Positions 28,401 to 37,286 of a stretch of DNA of 64,000 nucleotides are shown one piece after another. How positions within the stretch are numbered: position 1 is the first letter of the stretch; every line of letters starts with the position of its first letter. Below the pieces are notes generated by a model. It saw only the letters and a program-made list of their open reading frames with translations, did no database searches and was not told the origin of the DNA. Made by a program: the position numbers and the translations under genes. The stretch comes from Candidatus Udaeobacter sp. (lineage in GTDB: Bacteria > Verrucomicrobiota > Verrucomicrobiia > Chthoniobacterales > UBA10450): the NCBI GenBank assembly GCA_036269995.1, contig DATBDJ010000014.1, positions 36,785 through 100,784 of the forward strand, read 5' to 3'.

Positions 28401-28626
28401 CGCTGACAAAGCGGTCATCGACGTAATCACGAGCAACGCGTCCAGCAAGGCGGCCACACACGCGGGGCAAAGCGGAAACGGCAACGGGCACGCCGAGCGC
28501 GTGAGAGTGGCGCTGGGGAGCATCTTCATGGGTATCACCTGCTCCGTGTGCGGCAGCGACAAAGTCATCCGCGCTGGCGCCTGCGGCGTCTGCACCGAAT
28601 GCGGGACGAGCCAAGGCTGTAGCTAA
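25477..28626 (+). CDS. nrdJ: adenosylcobalamin-dependent (class II) ribonucleotide reductase
   Basis: About 1050 aa. Active-site region [23 protein letters not shown], a RNR barrel pattern throughout, and a Cys-rich C-terminal tail ([27 protein letters not shown]). The ATG at 25477 is preferred over the ORF-track TTG at 25450. Confidence 0.9.
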   Translation: [1049 protein letters not shown]

Positions 28627-28731
28627 GGCGCGATACTTCATTCAACGAGGCGACGCTCGCCGTTATTGGACAGGCGCTCACGCAGAGCTACAGTGCGTGC
28701 CGCTCGCTTCTTCGGCGACGCATTCACTTAA

Positions 28732-30513
28732 ATGAACAAACTCGACGCGGAGAGACAGAAAGAGATTCAACAGGCTGAGGAACTGCTCTTTGCAGGACCG
28801 CAGGCGATGGGTTTCGCCAAGGGACTTTTTCAGGGACATTTCGTTTCTGATTGGGTGATGCCGTATCCCCGGGTTCCCGCGGCGCAACAGAGCGAACTGG
28901 AGCAAACGCTCGCTGAGCTGCGCGAATTTCTCGATCGCGGTCTCGATGCGGCGGAGATCGACAGGCAGGCGAACATTCCGCGAAGCGTGATTGACGGGCT
29001 CGGCCGGATCGGCGTGCTGGGAATGACCGCGCCCAAGGAATATGGCGGGCGCGGGTTCTCGCAGATCGCGAACTGCAAGGTGCTCGAAGAAATCGGGCGG
29101 CGTTGCGCGTCTACATCAGTTTTCGTGAACGCCCATCATTCGATCGGGATTCGCGCCTTGCTGCTGTTTGGCACCCATGAGCAAAACCAGAAGTGGCTTC
29201 CGAAATTAGTTACTGGCGAACAGTTGGGCTCCTTCGCGCTCACTGAAAGAGAAGCGGGATCGGATGCGGCAAACGTGCAGATGCAGGCGCGTCCCAGCGA
29301 GGACGGCTCCCATTTCATTTTGAACGGCGAGAAACGCTATATCACGAACGCGGCGATCGCGCACGAACTCACGGTGATGGCGCGCACGCCAGTGCCCGGG
29401 TCGGACAAAACTGCGATTACAGCCTTTCTCGTCACACCCGACATGCCGGGATTCGAGATGCTCGAGGAGCGAATGCCAAAGATGGGAATCCGCGGCACAG
29501 CGACTGGCCGTTTCGCATTGCGGGACGTTAAAGTTCCAAAGGAAAATATTCTTGGACCCTTTGGCAAAGGTCTCAAAGTCGCGCTCACGGTGCTCGATTT
29601 CGGTCGCACAACTTTCGGCGCGTGCTGCACAGGCGCGGCGAAGACATGTCTCGAGCTGGCAGTGCAGCACGCGAACACCAGGAAGCAATTCAATAAGACG
29701 CTCGGTAATTTTCATTTGGTGAAAAAGAAAATCGCTCGGATCGCTGCGGATGCCTATGCGATGGAATCCATGACGACCGTCACAGCGTCGTTCATCGATC
29801 GCGGTCTGGAAGATTACATGCTGGAGACTGCAATGTTGAAGGTGTTCACAACCGAGCGGCTGTGGGAGTGCATTAACGATGTTTTCCAGATTTATGGCGG
29901 CTCCGCGTACTTTCTAGATCTTCCGCTGGAGCGAATGATGCGTGACGCGCGGATCAACCAGATCGGCGAAGGTGCAAACGAAGTGCTCACTTCGTTTATC
30001 GCGCTGGTGGGAATGCGCGGACCGGGCATGGAGTTCAAGGAAATTTACGACACGATGATGAAACCATCGCGTGATCGGATGAGCAAAGCGTGGGCCGCGG
30101 GAAAGAGCCGGTTCGGTGCGACGATTCGCGTGCCTGATGTGCCGGTGCAGAGCGATCAGCTTCGTGGCCATGCGCGACAGCTGGGCCGATTGATCCGGCG
30201 TTTCAATTTCGCTGTGAACCGGGCGCTCATCACCTATCGCGAGCCGATTCTCGATATGCAGCTCGTCCAGGAGCGCATTGCGAATGCGGCGATGGATCTC
30301 TTCGCCTCAACTTGTGTCGTCAGCCGTCAGGACAGCGAAATTCAGTTCGCGCGGCGAAACGGAGATGCGGCTGCGCCGGATCAAGCCGCCGCCGATCTGT
30401 TCTTGCGTCAATCGTTTCGTCGAATTCGCAGTTTCCTTGCAGGACTGACGGACAATGACGACAAATCGGTGCTTGCGACAGCGAACTTAATTCTCGATAG
30501 GCCAGGCAGCTAG
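28732..30513 (+). CDS. acyl-CoA dehydrogenase family protein (long form with C-terminal extension)
   Basis: 593 aa. LTEREAGSDAANVQ, ITNAAIA and QIYGGSAYF...ERMMRDARINQIGEGANEV are ACAD hallmarks. Confidence 0.9.
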   Translation: MNKLDAERQKEIQQAEELLFAGPQAMGFAKGLFQGHFVSDWVMPYPRVPAAQQSELEQTLAELREFLDRGLDAAEIDRQANIPRSVIDGLGRIGVLGMTAPKEYGGRGFSQIANCKVLEEIGRRCASTSVFVNAHHSIGIRALLLFGTHEQNQKWLPKLVTGEQLGSFALTEREAGSDAANVQMQARPSEDGSHFILNGEKRYITNAAIAHELTVMARTPVPGSDKTAITAFLVTPDMPGFEMLEERMPKMGIRGTATGRFALRDVKVPKENILGPFGKGLKVALTVLDFGRTTFGACCTGAAKTCLELAVQHANTRKQFNKTLGNFHLVKKKIARIAADAYAMESMTTVTASFIDRGLEDYMLETAMLKVFTTERLWECINDVFQIYGGSAYFLDLPLERMMRDARINQIGEGANEVLTSFIALVGMRGPGMEFKEIYDTMMKPSRDRMSKAWAAGKSRFGATIRVPDVPVQSDQLRGHARQLGRLIRRFNFAVNRALITYREPILDMQLVQERIANAAMDLFASTCVVSRQDSEIQFARRNGDAAAPDQAAADLFLRQSFRRIRSFLAGLTDNDDKSVLATANLILDRPGS

Positions 30514-30736
30514 CTCCGAAAGCATTTGCGACTAAAAATTTCTGGTCGCGTTAAAGCGACAAAGACGCCGATTTCCGTTGGCTGAAGGAGAAACATGCGC
30601 AGCGTTAGGTTCGCCCGCACAACGTCGAGCACGCGCTCGAATCTCAGGGACAGCGGCTTGGCGCGCAAAAATATAAACCACGTCCGCGCTGCCGTCGGCA
30701 GCACGCTATTACCGGCGAAATCGTCGGAGGTTTTGG

Positions 30737-31006
30737 TTATGGGCCGTTACGGTGGCCCAAAATATCCAATGCGCCATGAGTGGTCGGAATTGCAGAGAGC
30801 CGATCGCAAGGTTGCGGAATGCGGGAGCCCGCGGCCACAGTGTAGCATATCTTTTTCGAGGTCTTGACGACCCCTTGTGGTTGTGGCCGCAGCACGACGT
30901 TCTTGCTCGGATCATTAGCAAATGCCGATGCGCAAAATGCCAGTGCCAGCACGGTACATGCGCATCGGACCGACCAGCCGCAGCTGCGACTGAGTCTTGT
31001 TTTCAT
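30737..31006 (-). CDS. possible small secreted protein
   Basis: 89-aa ORF with a convincing signal peptide (TVLALAFCASAFA/ND) and two Cys in the ~59-aa mature part. It is co-directional with and downstream of the TPR/uvrA genes. I recognise no family, and a competing opposite-strand ORF overlaps it. Confidence 0.35.
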   Translation of the reverse strand: MKTRLSRSCGWSVRCACTVLALAFCASAFANDPSKNVVLRPQPQGVVKTSKKICYTVAAGSRIPQPCDRLSAIPTTHGALDILGHRNGP

Positions 31007-31119
31007 TGTAGTGTGGATTCTGGTCTCGCCCCGAATTTTTGCAAGCTTATTCGACTGTCATCTGGGACAGAGATCCGGCATTGCGGGCCAGCCGCATTAA
31101 AATGCTGCGCCAATCAAGT

Positions 31120-33567
31120 TCAATCCGTCCAAAGAAAGTGCTCCAGGCGAAGATTGTTCAGGCGCGCTTTTGCTTCTTCGCTGCGACTTCCACCGCTGGC
31201 AACGAGCCTGTCGTAGATCGCAGCGGCGGATTCCCATTTCGAATCCTCCTCCAATAATCGCGCAGCATTAAATCCAGCTTTGTAAAACCAAAACAGTTCA
31301 CGCTGTTGATCGGGCCGCGCTTCGCCGTCCAATATTGTGTAAAAAGTCGCAAGAGCGCCGGCCCGATCGCTTTGCTTTTCGAGGCAAAGTCCCTTTTTGA
31401 ACAGGGCCTGGTTGCGCCAGTGAATGGGAGCGTCGTTGTCGGAGGCAAGTTGATCATAAATTTCGATGGCACGCTGATAATTCGCCGAATCGCTTGCGCT
31501 CATCTCGAGAAAAATGTCGCCTTTGCCGCAAAGCGCCTCACGTTTTTCAGCTGAGCCGGCGTTGCTCTTCAGCACCTCATCGTATAGGGCGAGAGCATCA
31601 TTGGGTTTTCCGAGCTTGCGCTCGATCACCGCTTGTTCATTGCGCGCGGGCCAGCGCAGCTCGCCATTTCTCTGCACGACCTGATCAAACAGAACAATTG
31701 CTCGATCCAATGCGTGGTCCCCCATGCTCGACATGGCAGATTCGGCGGCGAAAAACAGTGCTCGTTCCGCCAGAGAACCCTCAGGATGCTGTTGCGCGAT
31801 AATTTCAAATTGCGTCTGTGCGTTGGCGAAGTCCTGACGGCGATAATAAAGTTCTGCCAGTTTCATTCGGACTTCAGCAGCAAATGCTGCATCCGCATGC
31901 TGCTCCAGAAATCTTTTAGCAAGCTCGATTACTTGGGGTTCGTTTCCGCCCGACGCTTCTTCTATCCATATGCGCAGGTAATCTGCACGCTCCGCGGCCG
32001 CGGCCGTCGGATTGGTCTCGGCAGCGTGATCCAGACTTCTGCGTGCCTCCTCGAGCCGAGGCGGTGACGAGTGAAATGCCAGCTCGGCCAACCCGACCCA
32101 TGCTTCCGACACGCGCGGATTTTTTGGGAAATCATGAATGAACTGCTGAAACGATCGGGCTGCCGTCTTGTCGCCTTTTTCCGCCTGGGTCAACGCTTCC
32201 TGTAACTGCAAACCAGCGCGCGCGTCTTCGTCGCCGCCTTGCTTGTCCAGCTCCTTATAATCCATGAGGAAGCGAGCGTGATTACCGAGCTGCAGCCAGC
32301 CGATCGAGGCGTTGAACACTGCAGCTTTGCTCCATGGCGAATCCGTATGCGCGATTTGTTCAAAAGCCGCTGTCGCCGTGTCGAATTGCTTCGACAGATA
32401 GCGCGATTGCGCAGACAGAAAACCGATGCGTGCCAGCACGGAGGGCTCCGGATGAAGCAGGCGCGCGTCGTCGAAAATTGCGATCGCCTCGTCGAAGTGG
32501 TGCTCATCCATTTCAAAGCGCGCGAAGTCGACGTAAGCCGGCGCGAGCGCCGAGGATTTGATAACAGCGCGTCGCAAATCGGAGAATAACTGGCTGGCTC
32601 GCTCTCTACGGCCAGCGCGAATTTCGAGCCGGGCGAGATACCACCGTGCAAATGTCCGGCGTGGTTGTTCGGGGCGGCGTACCCACTTCTCCAGTTCGTT
32701 TCGTGACGGTTTGTGCTCGGATCGATACAGTTCATCCAATTTGGCGAAAAGGACCGGCAGGTCTGGATCGGCAGGATGACGGTCAATAAATTGCTCGAGG
32801 ACATCATCGCCGGCTTCGGGCGTTTTGAGTTGCAGATGTGCTACGGCTATGCCGACCAATGCGGCAATTAGCGTGGGATGAGCAGTTCCCTCCGGCCTTT
32901 TCAATAGCGCCTGGAACATTCCCACTGCTCGCTCTGGTCTGTGTAAGATCAGCTCCAGGCGACCACGCAGTACGCGCCGTTCTCTTCGATCCCCCACTGC
33001 GGCCGGCTTCATTTCCGCTAGTAAACGCTGCGCATCAGGAGCGTTGTTCATGTCGATGAATAACTCCGCTCCGCCCAATTGCGCTCGCGTGCTCCATTCA
33101 CGGTCGCGGAAAAGAAGTTTGAATTGTGCGAGAGCTTGCTCACGTCTGCCTAGCGCGCGCAGCATCTCAGCTGTGCAAAAGATCGCTGCGTTGTGAAGAG
33201 GCGATCGCTCATCGCTCGCTAACTCCTCGTAGAACGGCAGCGCGTCGGCCCATCGATGAAGACAAGCCAGTGCTTGGGCACGCCAAAACTTTGCCCATGG
33301 CAATTCACGGACGCGAGCGTCTGCCACCAAAACCAGAGTAGCCTCCGGCTCTTTCGCAGCGACCTGAGCTTGTGCCAGTTTCTCCGCGACAGCGCGCCAA
33401 TCTGCCTCCGGCAAATCTTTGTTCAGCAACGCCTGCAACCGCACCACCGCGACCTCTGGCACGCCCTCATTCATCGAAGCGCTCGCGTGGGCGACATCGG
33501 TGGCAACGTCCGCCTGCACGAAGTGCGCAGTGAAACAAATTATTGCTAGCCGACCAATTTGTCTCAT
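31120..33567 (-). CDS. large secreted TPR repeat protein
   Basis: 815 aa with a signal-like N-terminus ([19 protein letters not shown]) followed by TPR-like helical repeats along its full length. The start overlaps the uvrA stop (ATGA). Confidence 0.85.
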   Translation of the reverse strand: MRQIGRLAIICFTAHFVQADVATDVAHASASMNEGVPEVAVVRLQALLNKDLPEADWRAVAEKLAQAQVAAKEPEATLVLVADARVRELPWAKFWRAQALACLHRWADALPFYEELASDERSPLHNAAIFCTAEMLRALGRREQALAQFKLLFRDREWSTRAQLGGAELFIDMNNAPDAQRLLAEMKPAAVGDRRERRVLRGRLELILHRPERAVGMFQALLKRPEGTAHPTLIAALVGIAVAHLQLKTPEAGDDVLEQFIDRHPADPDLPVLFAKLDELYRSEHKPSRNELEKWVRRPEQPRRTFARWYLARLEIRAGRRERASQLFSDLRRAVIKSSALAPAYVDFARFEMDEHHFDEAIAIFDDARLLHPEPSVLARIGFLSAQSRYLSKQFDTATAAFEQIAHTDSPWSKAAVFNASIGWLQLGNHARFLMDYKELDKQGGDEDARAGLQLQEALTQAEKGDKTAARSFQQFIHDFPKNPRVSEAWVGLAELAFHSSPPRLEEARRSLDHAAETNPTAAAAERADYLRIWIEEASGGNEPQVIELAKRFLEQHADAAFAAEVRMKLAELYYRRQDFANAQTQFEIIAQQHPEGSLAERALFFAAESAMSSMGDHALDRAIVLFDQVVQRNGELRWPARNEQAVIERKLGKPNDALALYDEVLKSNAGSAEKREALCGKGDIFLEMSASDSANYQRAIEIYDQLASDNDAPIHWRNQALFKKGLCLEKQSDRAGALATFYTILDGEARPDQQRELFWFYKAGFNAARLLEEDSKWESAAAIYDRLVASGGSRSEEAKARLNNLRLEHFLWTD

Positions 33568-36467
33568 TTCCTCTCCAACAACGACTGCAGGGACCTGCCA
33601 GTGTAACTGGTTCGCAACGCAATGATTTTTTCCGGTGGCCCGGCACCGACCAGGTCACCGCCCGCTTCGCCGCCTTCTGGTCCCAGATCGATGATCCAGT
33701 CTGCGCACTTGATCATTTCCAGATTGTGTTCAATCACGATCACGGTGTTGCCGGCCTTGCGCAGCTTCATTAGCACTTCAAGCAGCTTCTCAATATCGGC
33801 GAAGTGCAAGCCGGTAGTCGGCTCATCAAGAATGTACACGGTGCGGCCGGTGGCTTTTTTCGCAAGCTCCGTAGCCAGTTTCACGCGCTGGGCTTCTCCG
33901 CCCGAGAGAGTTGTTCCGGCCTGGCCGAGCCGCAGATAACCGAGACCCACATCCAGCAGCGACTCGAGTTTTTCTGAAACGCTCGGCACGTTGCGGAAAA
34001 ATCGTGCTGCCTCATCTACGGTCAGCTCGAGAACGTCGGCGATGTTTTTGCCTTTATAAGTGATCTCAAGTGTTTCGCGGTTGTAGCGCTTTCCATGACA
34101 CACTTCGCATTCCACATAGACGTCCGGCAAAAAATGCATTTCAATTTTGATCAGTCCGCCACCTTCGCAATTCTCGCAGCGGCCACCTTTGACGTTAAAA
34201 CTGAAGCGGCCGGCGTCGTAACCGCGCACCCGTGCAGCAGGCAATTGGCTGAACAGTTCGCGGATTGGCGTAAATGCGCCCGTGTACGTAACTGGATTTG
34301 ATCGTGGTGTCCGCCCAATCGCGCTCTGGTCAATCACGATTGCCTTGTCGATTTGCTCCAGTCCATGAATCGCCCGGTGCGCGCCCGGCTTGTCTTTGGC
34401 ATTGTAAAACCGGCGAAATAGCGCGCGGCGAAGAATGTCGTCCACCAGAGTAGATTTGCCGCTGCCCGACACGCCCGTGACGCATGTGAAACAGCCAAGC
34501 GGGAATGAGACGTCGATTTTCTTCAGGTTGTTCTCGCTTGCGCTCAGCACCGTAAGCCATCCATCGGGTCGCGGCTGCACACGTTGTTTCGGTACTGCGA
34601 TGCGTGCACGTCCGGAAAGATAATCAGCTGTGAGGGAATTCTTAGCCGATAGGATTTCGGCGAGCGTCCCTTGGGCGACGATTTCGCCGCCGCGCGGGCC
34701 GGCCCCCGGACCAAGATCAAGAACGTAATCGGCGGCGCGGATCGTTTCTTCATCATGCTCAACAACAATGACGGAATTGCCAAGGTCACGCAGACGTCGC
34801 AGGGTGCCGAGGAGCCGTGAGTTGTCCCGCTGGTGCAGTCCGATGCTGGGTTCATCCAAGATGTAAAGAACTCCGGCAAGGCCTGAGCCGATCTGCGTGG
34901 CCAGTCGGATGCGCTGCGCTTCGCCACCGGAAAGCGTCCCGCTCTGACGATTCAATGTTAGATAATTGAGCCCAACTTCGACAAGGAAATGCAAGCGCGA
35001 CTGAATTTCACGTGCGACATCCAGTACTACGATTCGCTGCTGCTCGCTCAGCTCAAGCTCTGAGATAAACCGGGCCGCTGCTTCGATCGTGAGCTCGCTA
35101 AACTGATGAATGTTGAGCTCACATGCGCTCCAATTCTTGATCGTAACGCCAAGGATTTCCGGTTTAAGCCTCGCGCCATCGCATCCTTTGCACGTTTCGC
35201 GCGCCATAAATGCGCGAATACGATTGCGCGTGAATTCGCTCTGCGTCTGTTCATAAAGCCGCTGCATTTGCGGAACGAGGCCCTCGAACGGTTTTGCAAT
35301 CTGCTCTTCGCCATTGTCGCCGAAATTCATCTCGATAGGCGTCCCATTCGTGCCGAAGTAAAGCGCTTGCTTGAATTGTTCCGGCAGATCGCTAAACGGC
35401 ACGGTCTCGTTGATGTGAAAATGTTGCGCCAATGCCTTTTGCAGGTGCCGATAATATGCCTGCATGCGTTTTGTGCCGCGGCGCCACGGTGTGACTACCC
35501 CTTCGGCCAGCGTTTTCGTCGGATCAGCAATCATCAGGTCCGGATCGCACACCAACTGTGTGCCGAGTCCGTGGCAGACCGGACATGCACCGAGATGGCT
35601 GTTAAAGGAAAAGTGTTTCGGAGTCAGCTCGCCTAATGTAAAGCCGGTGTCCGCGTTGCCATATTCAGTGGAATACCGCTGTTCTTGCCATCGTTCAGGT
35701 TCAATGTTGGACGTCGGATGCTGGGAGTTCGGCGTTGCTTCTGCTGCTTGCAACACCAGTACCTTGTTTCCGCTTAATTTTAGCGCGGTCTCGATTGAAT
35801 CGGTAAGCCTTGCGCGAATTCCCTCGCGAACCATCAATCGATCGACAACCGCCTCAATCGTATGCCGCTTGTTCTTGTCGAGCCGGATTGGCTGAGCCCG
35901 ATCCAACTCCACCAGCTGCCCATCAATGCGCGCGCGAACAAATCCTTCTCGCCGGAGCTTTTCGATAACATCGCGAAACTGGCCGGATTGATTTTCGACC
36001 AGCGGCGCCAGCACAATGATTTTGCATCCGGATTCATAAGCGGTGATTTGGTCAACGATCTGCTGAGGCGTCTGCCGACTTAGCGGTCGTCCCGTAAACG
36101 GATCGTGCGGCTGGCCGACAGCTGAGAACAAGACCCGCAGGTAATCGTAAATTTCCGTGGTCGTGGCGATAGTCGACCGCGGATTGGCGCCGGCGCTGCG
36201 TTGTTCGATTGCAATCGCGGGGGAAAGTCCCTGGATGAAGTCGACGTTGGGCTTTTCCATCTGATCGAGGAATTGCCGCGCATAAGCAGAGAGACTCTCA
36301 ACGTATCGCCGTTGTCCTTCGGCATAAAGAGTATCGAAAGCGAGCGAGGATTTTCCCGAGCCACTCAGGCCGGTAACAACCACTAACTTCTCCCGTGGAA
36401 TCTCTAGGTGCAGATTCTTCAGATTGTGCTGGCGGGCACCACTAATTTTGATAACTTGAGCAGGCAT
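33564..36467 (-). CDS. uvrA: excinuclease ABC subunit A
   Basis: 967 aa. N-terminus [10 protein letters not shown], two ABC ATPase modules ([18 protein letters not shown], two LSGGE signatures) and zinc-finger cysteines. Confidence 0.97.
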   Translation of the reverse strand: MPAQVIKISGARQHNLKNLHLEIPREKLVVVTGLSGSGKSSLAFDTLYAEGQRRYVESLSAYARQFLDQMEKPNVDFIQGLSPAIAIEQRSAGANPRSTIATTTEIYDYLRVLFSAVGQPHDPFTGRPLSRQTPQQIVDQITAYESGCKIIVLAPLVENQSGQFRDVIEKLRREGFVRARIDGQLVELDRAQPIRLDKNKRHTIEAVVDRLMVREGIRARLTDSIETALKLSGNKVLVLQAAEATPNSQHPTSNIEPERWQEQRYSTEYGNADTGFTLGELTPKHFSFNSHLGACPVCHGLGTQLVCDPDLMIADPTKTLAEGVVTPWRRGTKRMQAYYRHLQKALAQHFHINETVPFSDLPEQFKQALYFGTNGTPIEMNFGDNGEEQIAKPFEGLVPQMQRLYEQTQSEFTRNRIRAFMARETCKGCDGARLKPEILGVTIKNWSACELNIHQFSELTIEAAARFISELELSEQQRIVVLDVAREIQSRLHFLVEVGLNYLTLNRQSGTLSGGEAQRIRLATQIGSGLAGVLYILDEPSIGLHQRDNSRLLGTLRRLRDLGNSVIVVEHDEETIRAADYVLDLGPGAGPRGGEIVAQGTLAEILSAKNSLTADYLSGRARIAVPKQRVQPRPDGWLTVLSASENNLKKIDVSFPLGCFTCVTGVSGSGKSTLVDDILRRALFRRFYNAKDKPGAHRAIHGLEQIDKAIVIDQSAIGRTPRSNPVTYTGAFTPIRELFSQLPAARVRGYDAGRFSFNVKGGRCENCEGGGLIKIEMHFLPDVYVECEVCHGKRYNRETLEITYKGKNIADVLELTVDEAARFFRNVPSVSEKLESLLDVGLGYLRLGQAGTTLSGGEAQRVKLATELAKKATGRTVYILDEPTTGLHFADIEKLLEVLMKLRKAGNTVIVIEHNLEMIKCADWIIDLGPEGGEAGGDLVGAGPPEKIIALRTSYTGRSLQSLLERK

Positions 36468-36587
36468 TCTGACGAGGAATGTCGAACCTATCAGTCAAGC
36501 ACAGCCGTTCCTTTTCTCCAGCGAAATCGCGTCATCGACAGTACGCCAGAGTGCCTTCCCGGGTGGAGTTGCGCTTCGGGTCCAAAG

Positions 36588-37286
36588 ATGAAAGTCTCAA
36601 TCGTAATCCCTTGTTACAATGAAAAAGATACGATCGAAAAAATCGTTCAAGCCGTTCGCAACGCCCCCGTTGAAAGCAAAGAGATCATTGTGGTGGACGA
36701 CTCTTCAGACGACGGGACGCAGGCAGTGCTGCAGGACCGGGTTTCGAATGTAGTCGATCGCATCATTTATCATCGGGTAAATCAAGGGAAGGGAGCGGCC
36801 TTACGAAGCGGATTTGCCGCAGCGACTGGTGAATTGATTCTCGTGCAAGATGCAGACCTCGAATACAGCCCCGAAGATTATCCGCTGCTTCTTGAGCCGC
36901 TCATCTCAGGCAAAGCCGACGCGGTTGTTGGCTCCCGTTTTATGGGCGGACGACCGCACAGGGTGCTTTTCTTCTGGCACATGGTTGGTAACAAATTTTT
37001 GACGCTGCTTTCGAACATGTTCACCAACATTAATCTGACCGACGTGGAGACAGGCTACAAAGCTTTCAGAGCCCCGCTAATTAAGTCGATTCGGATAGAG
37101 GAAGATCGCTTTGGAGTCGAACCGGAGATTATCGCCAAGCTCGCCCGCACCGGATGCAGAATTTACGAGGTAGGGATCTCGTACAGCGGACGCACTTACG
37201 CGGAGGGCAAGAAGATCAATTGGACAGATGGCTTTAGGGCGGTTTATGCCATCTTCAAATACAACCTGGAACGTTCGAAAAGATGA
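36588..37286 (+). CDS. family 2 glycosyltransferase, DPM1/ArnC/GtrB-like (putative polyprenyl-phosphate sugar synthase), soluble
   Basis: 232 aa from the ATG at 36588. VSIVIPCYNEKDTIEKIV, VVDDSSDDGT, VQDADLEYSPEDYP and TDVETGYKAF form the GT-A DxD pattern of the polyprenyl-P-sugar synthase subgroup. No TM segment. The ORF-track start at 36408 would overlap uvrA. Confidence 0.8.
   Translation: MKVSIVIPCYNEKDTIEKIVQAVRNAPVESKEIIVVDDSSDDGTQAVLQDRVSNVVDRIIYHRVNQGKGAALRSGFAAATGELILVQDADLEYSPEDYPLLLEPLISGKADAVVGSRFMGGRPHRVLFFWHMVGNKFLTLLSNMFTNINLTDVETGYKAFRAPLIKSIRIEEDRFGVEPEIIAKLARTGCRIYEVGISYSGRTYAEGKKINWTDGFRAVYAIFKYNLERSKR

Noticed and set aside
30752-31216. 154-aa plus-strand ORF between the ACAD and TPR genes
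   Set aside because: It overlaps the 3' end of the confident TPR gene and the signal-peptide-bearing minus-strand ORF. Its translation is Cys/Arg/Ala-rich with no motif.
36408-36587. 60-residue N-terminal extension of the first GT2 (ORF-track start 36408)
   Set aside because: It would overlap the uvrA 5' end on the opposite strand and has no GT2-like sequence. The GT2 fold starts right after the ATG at 36588 (MKVSIVIPCYNE).
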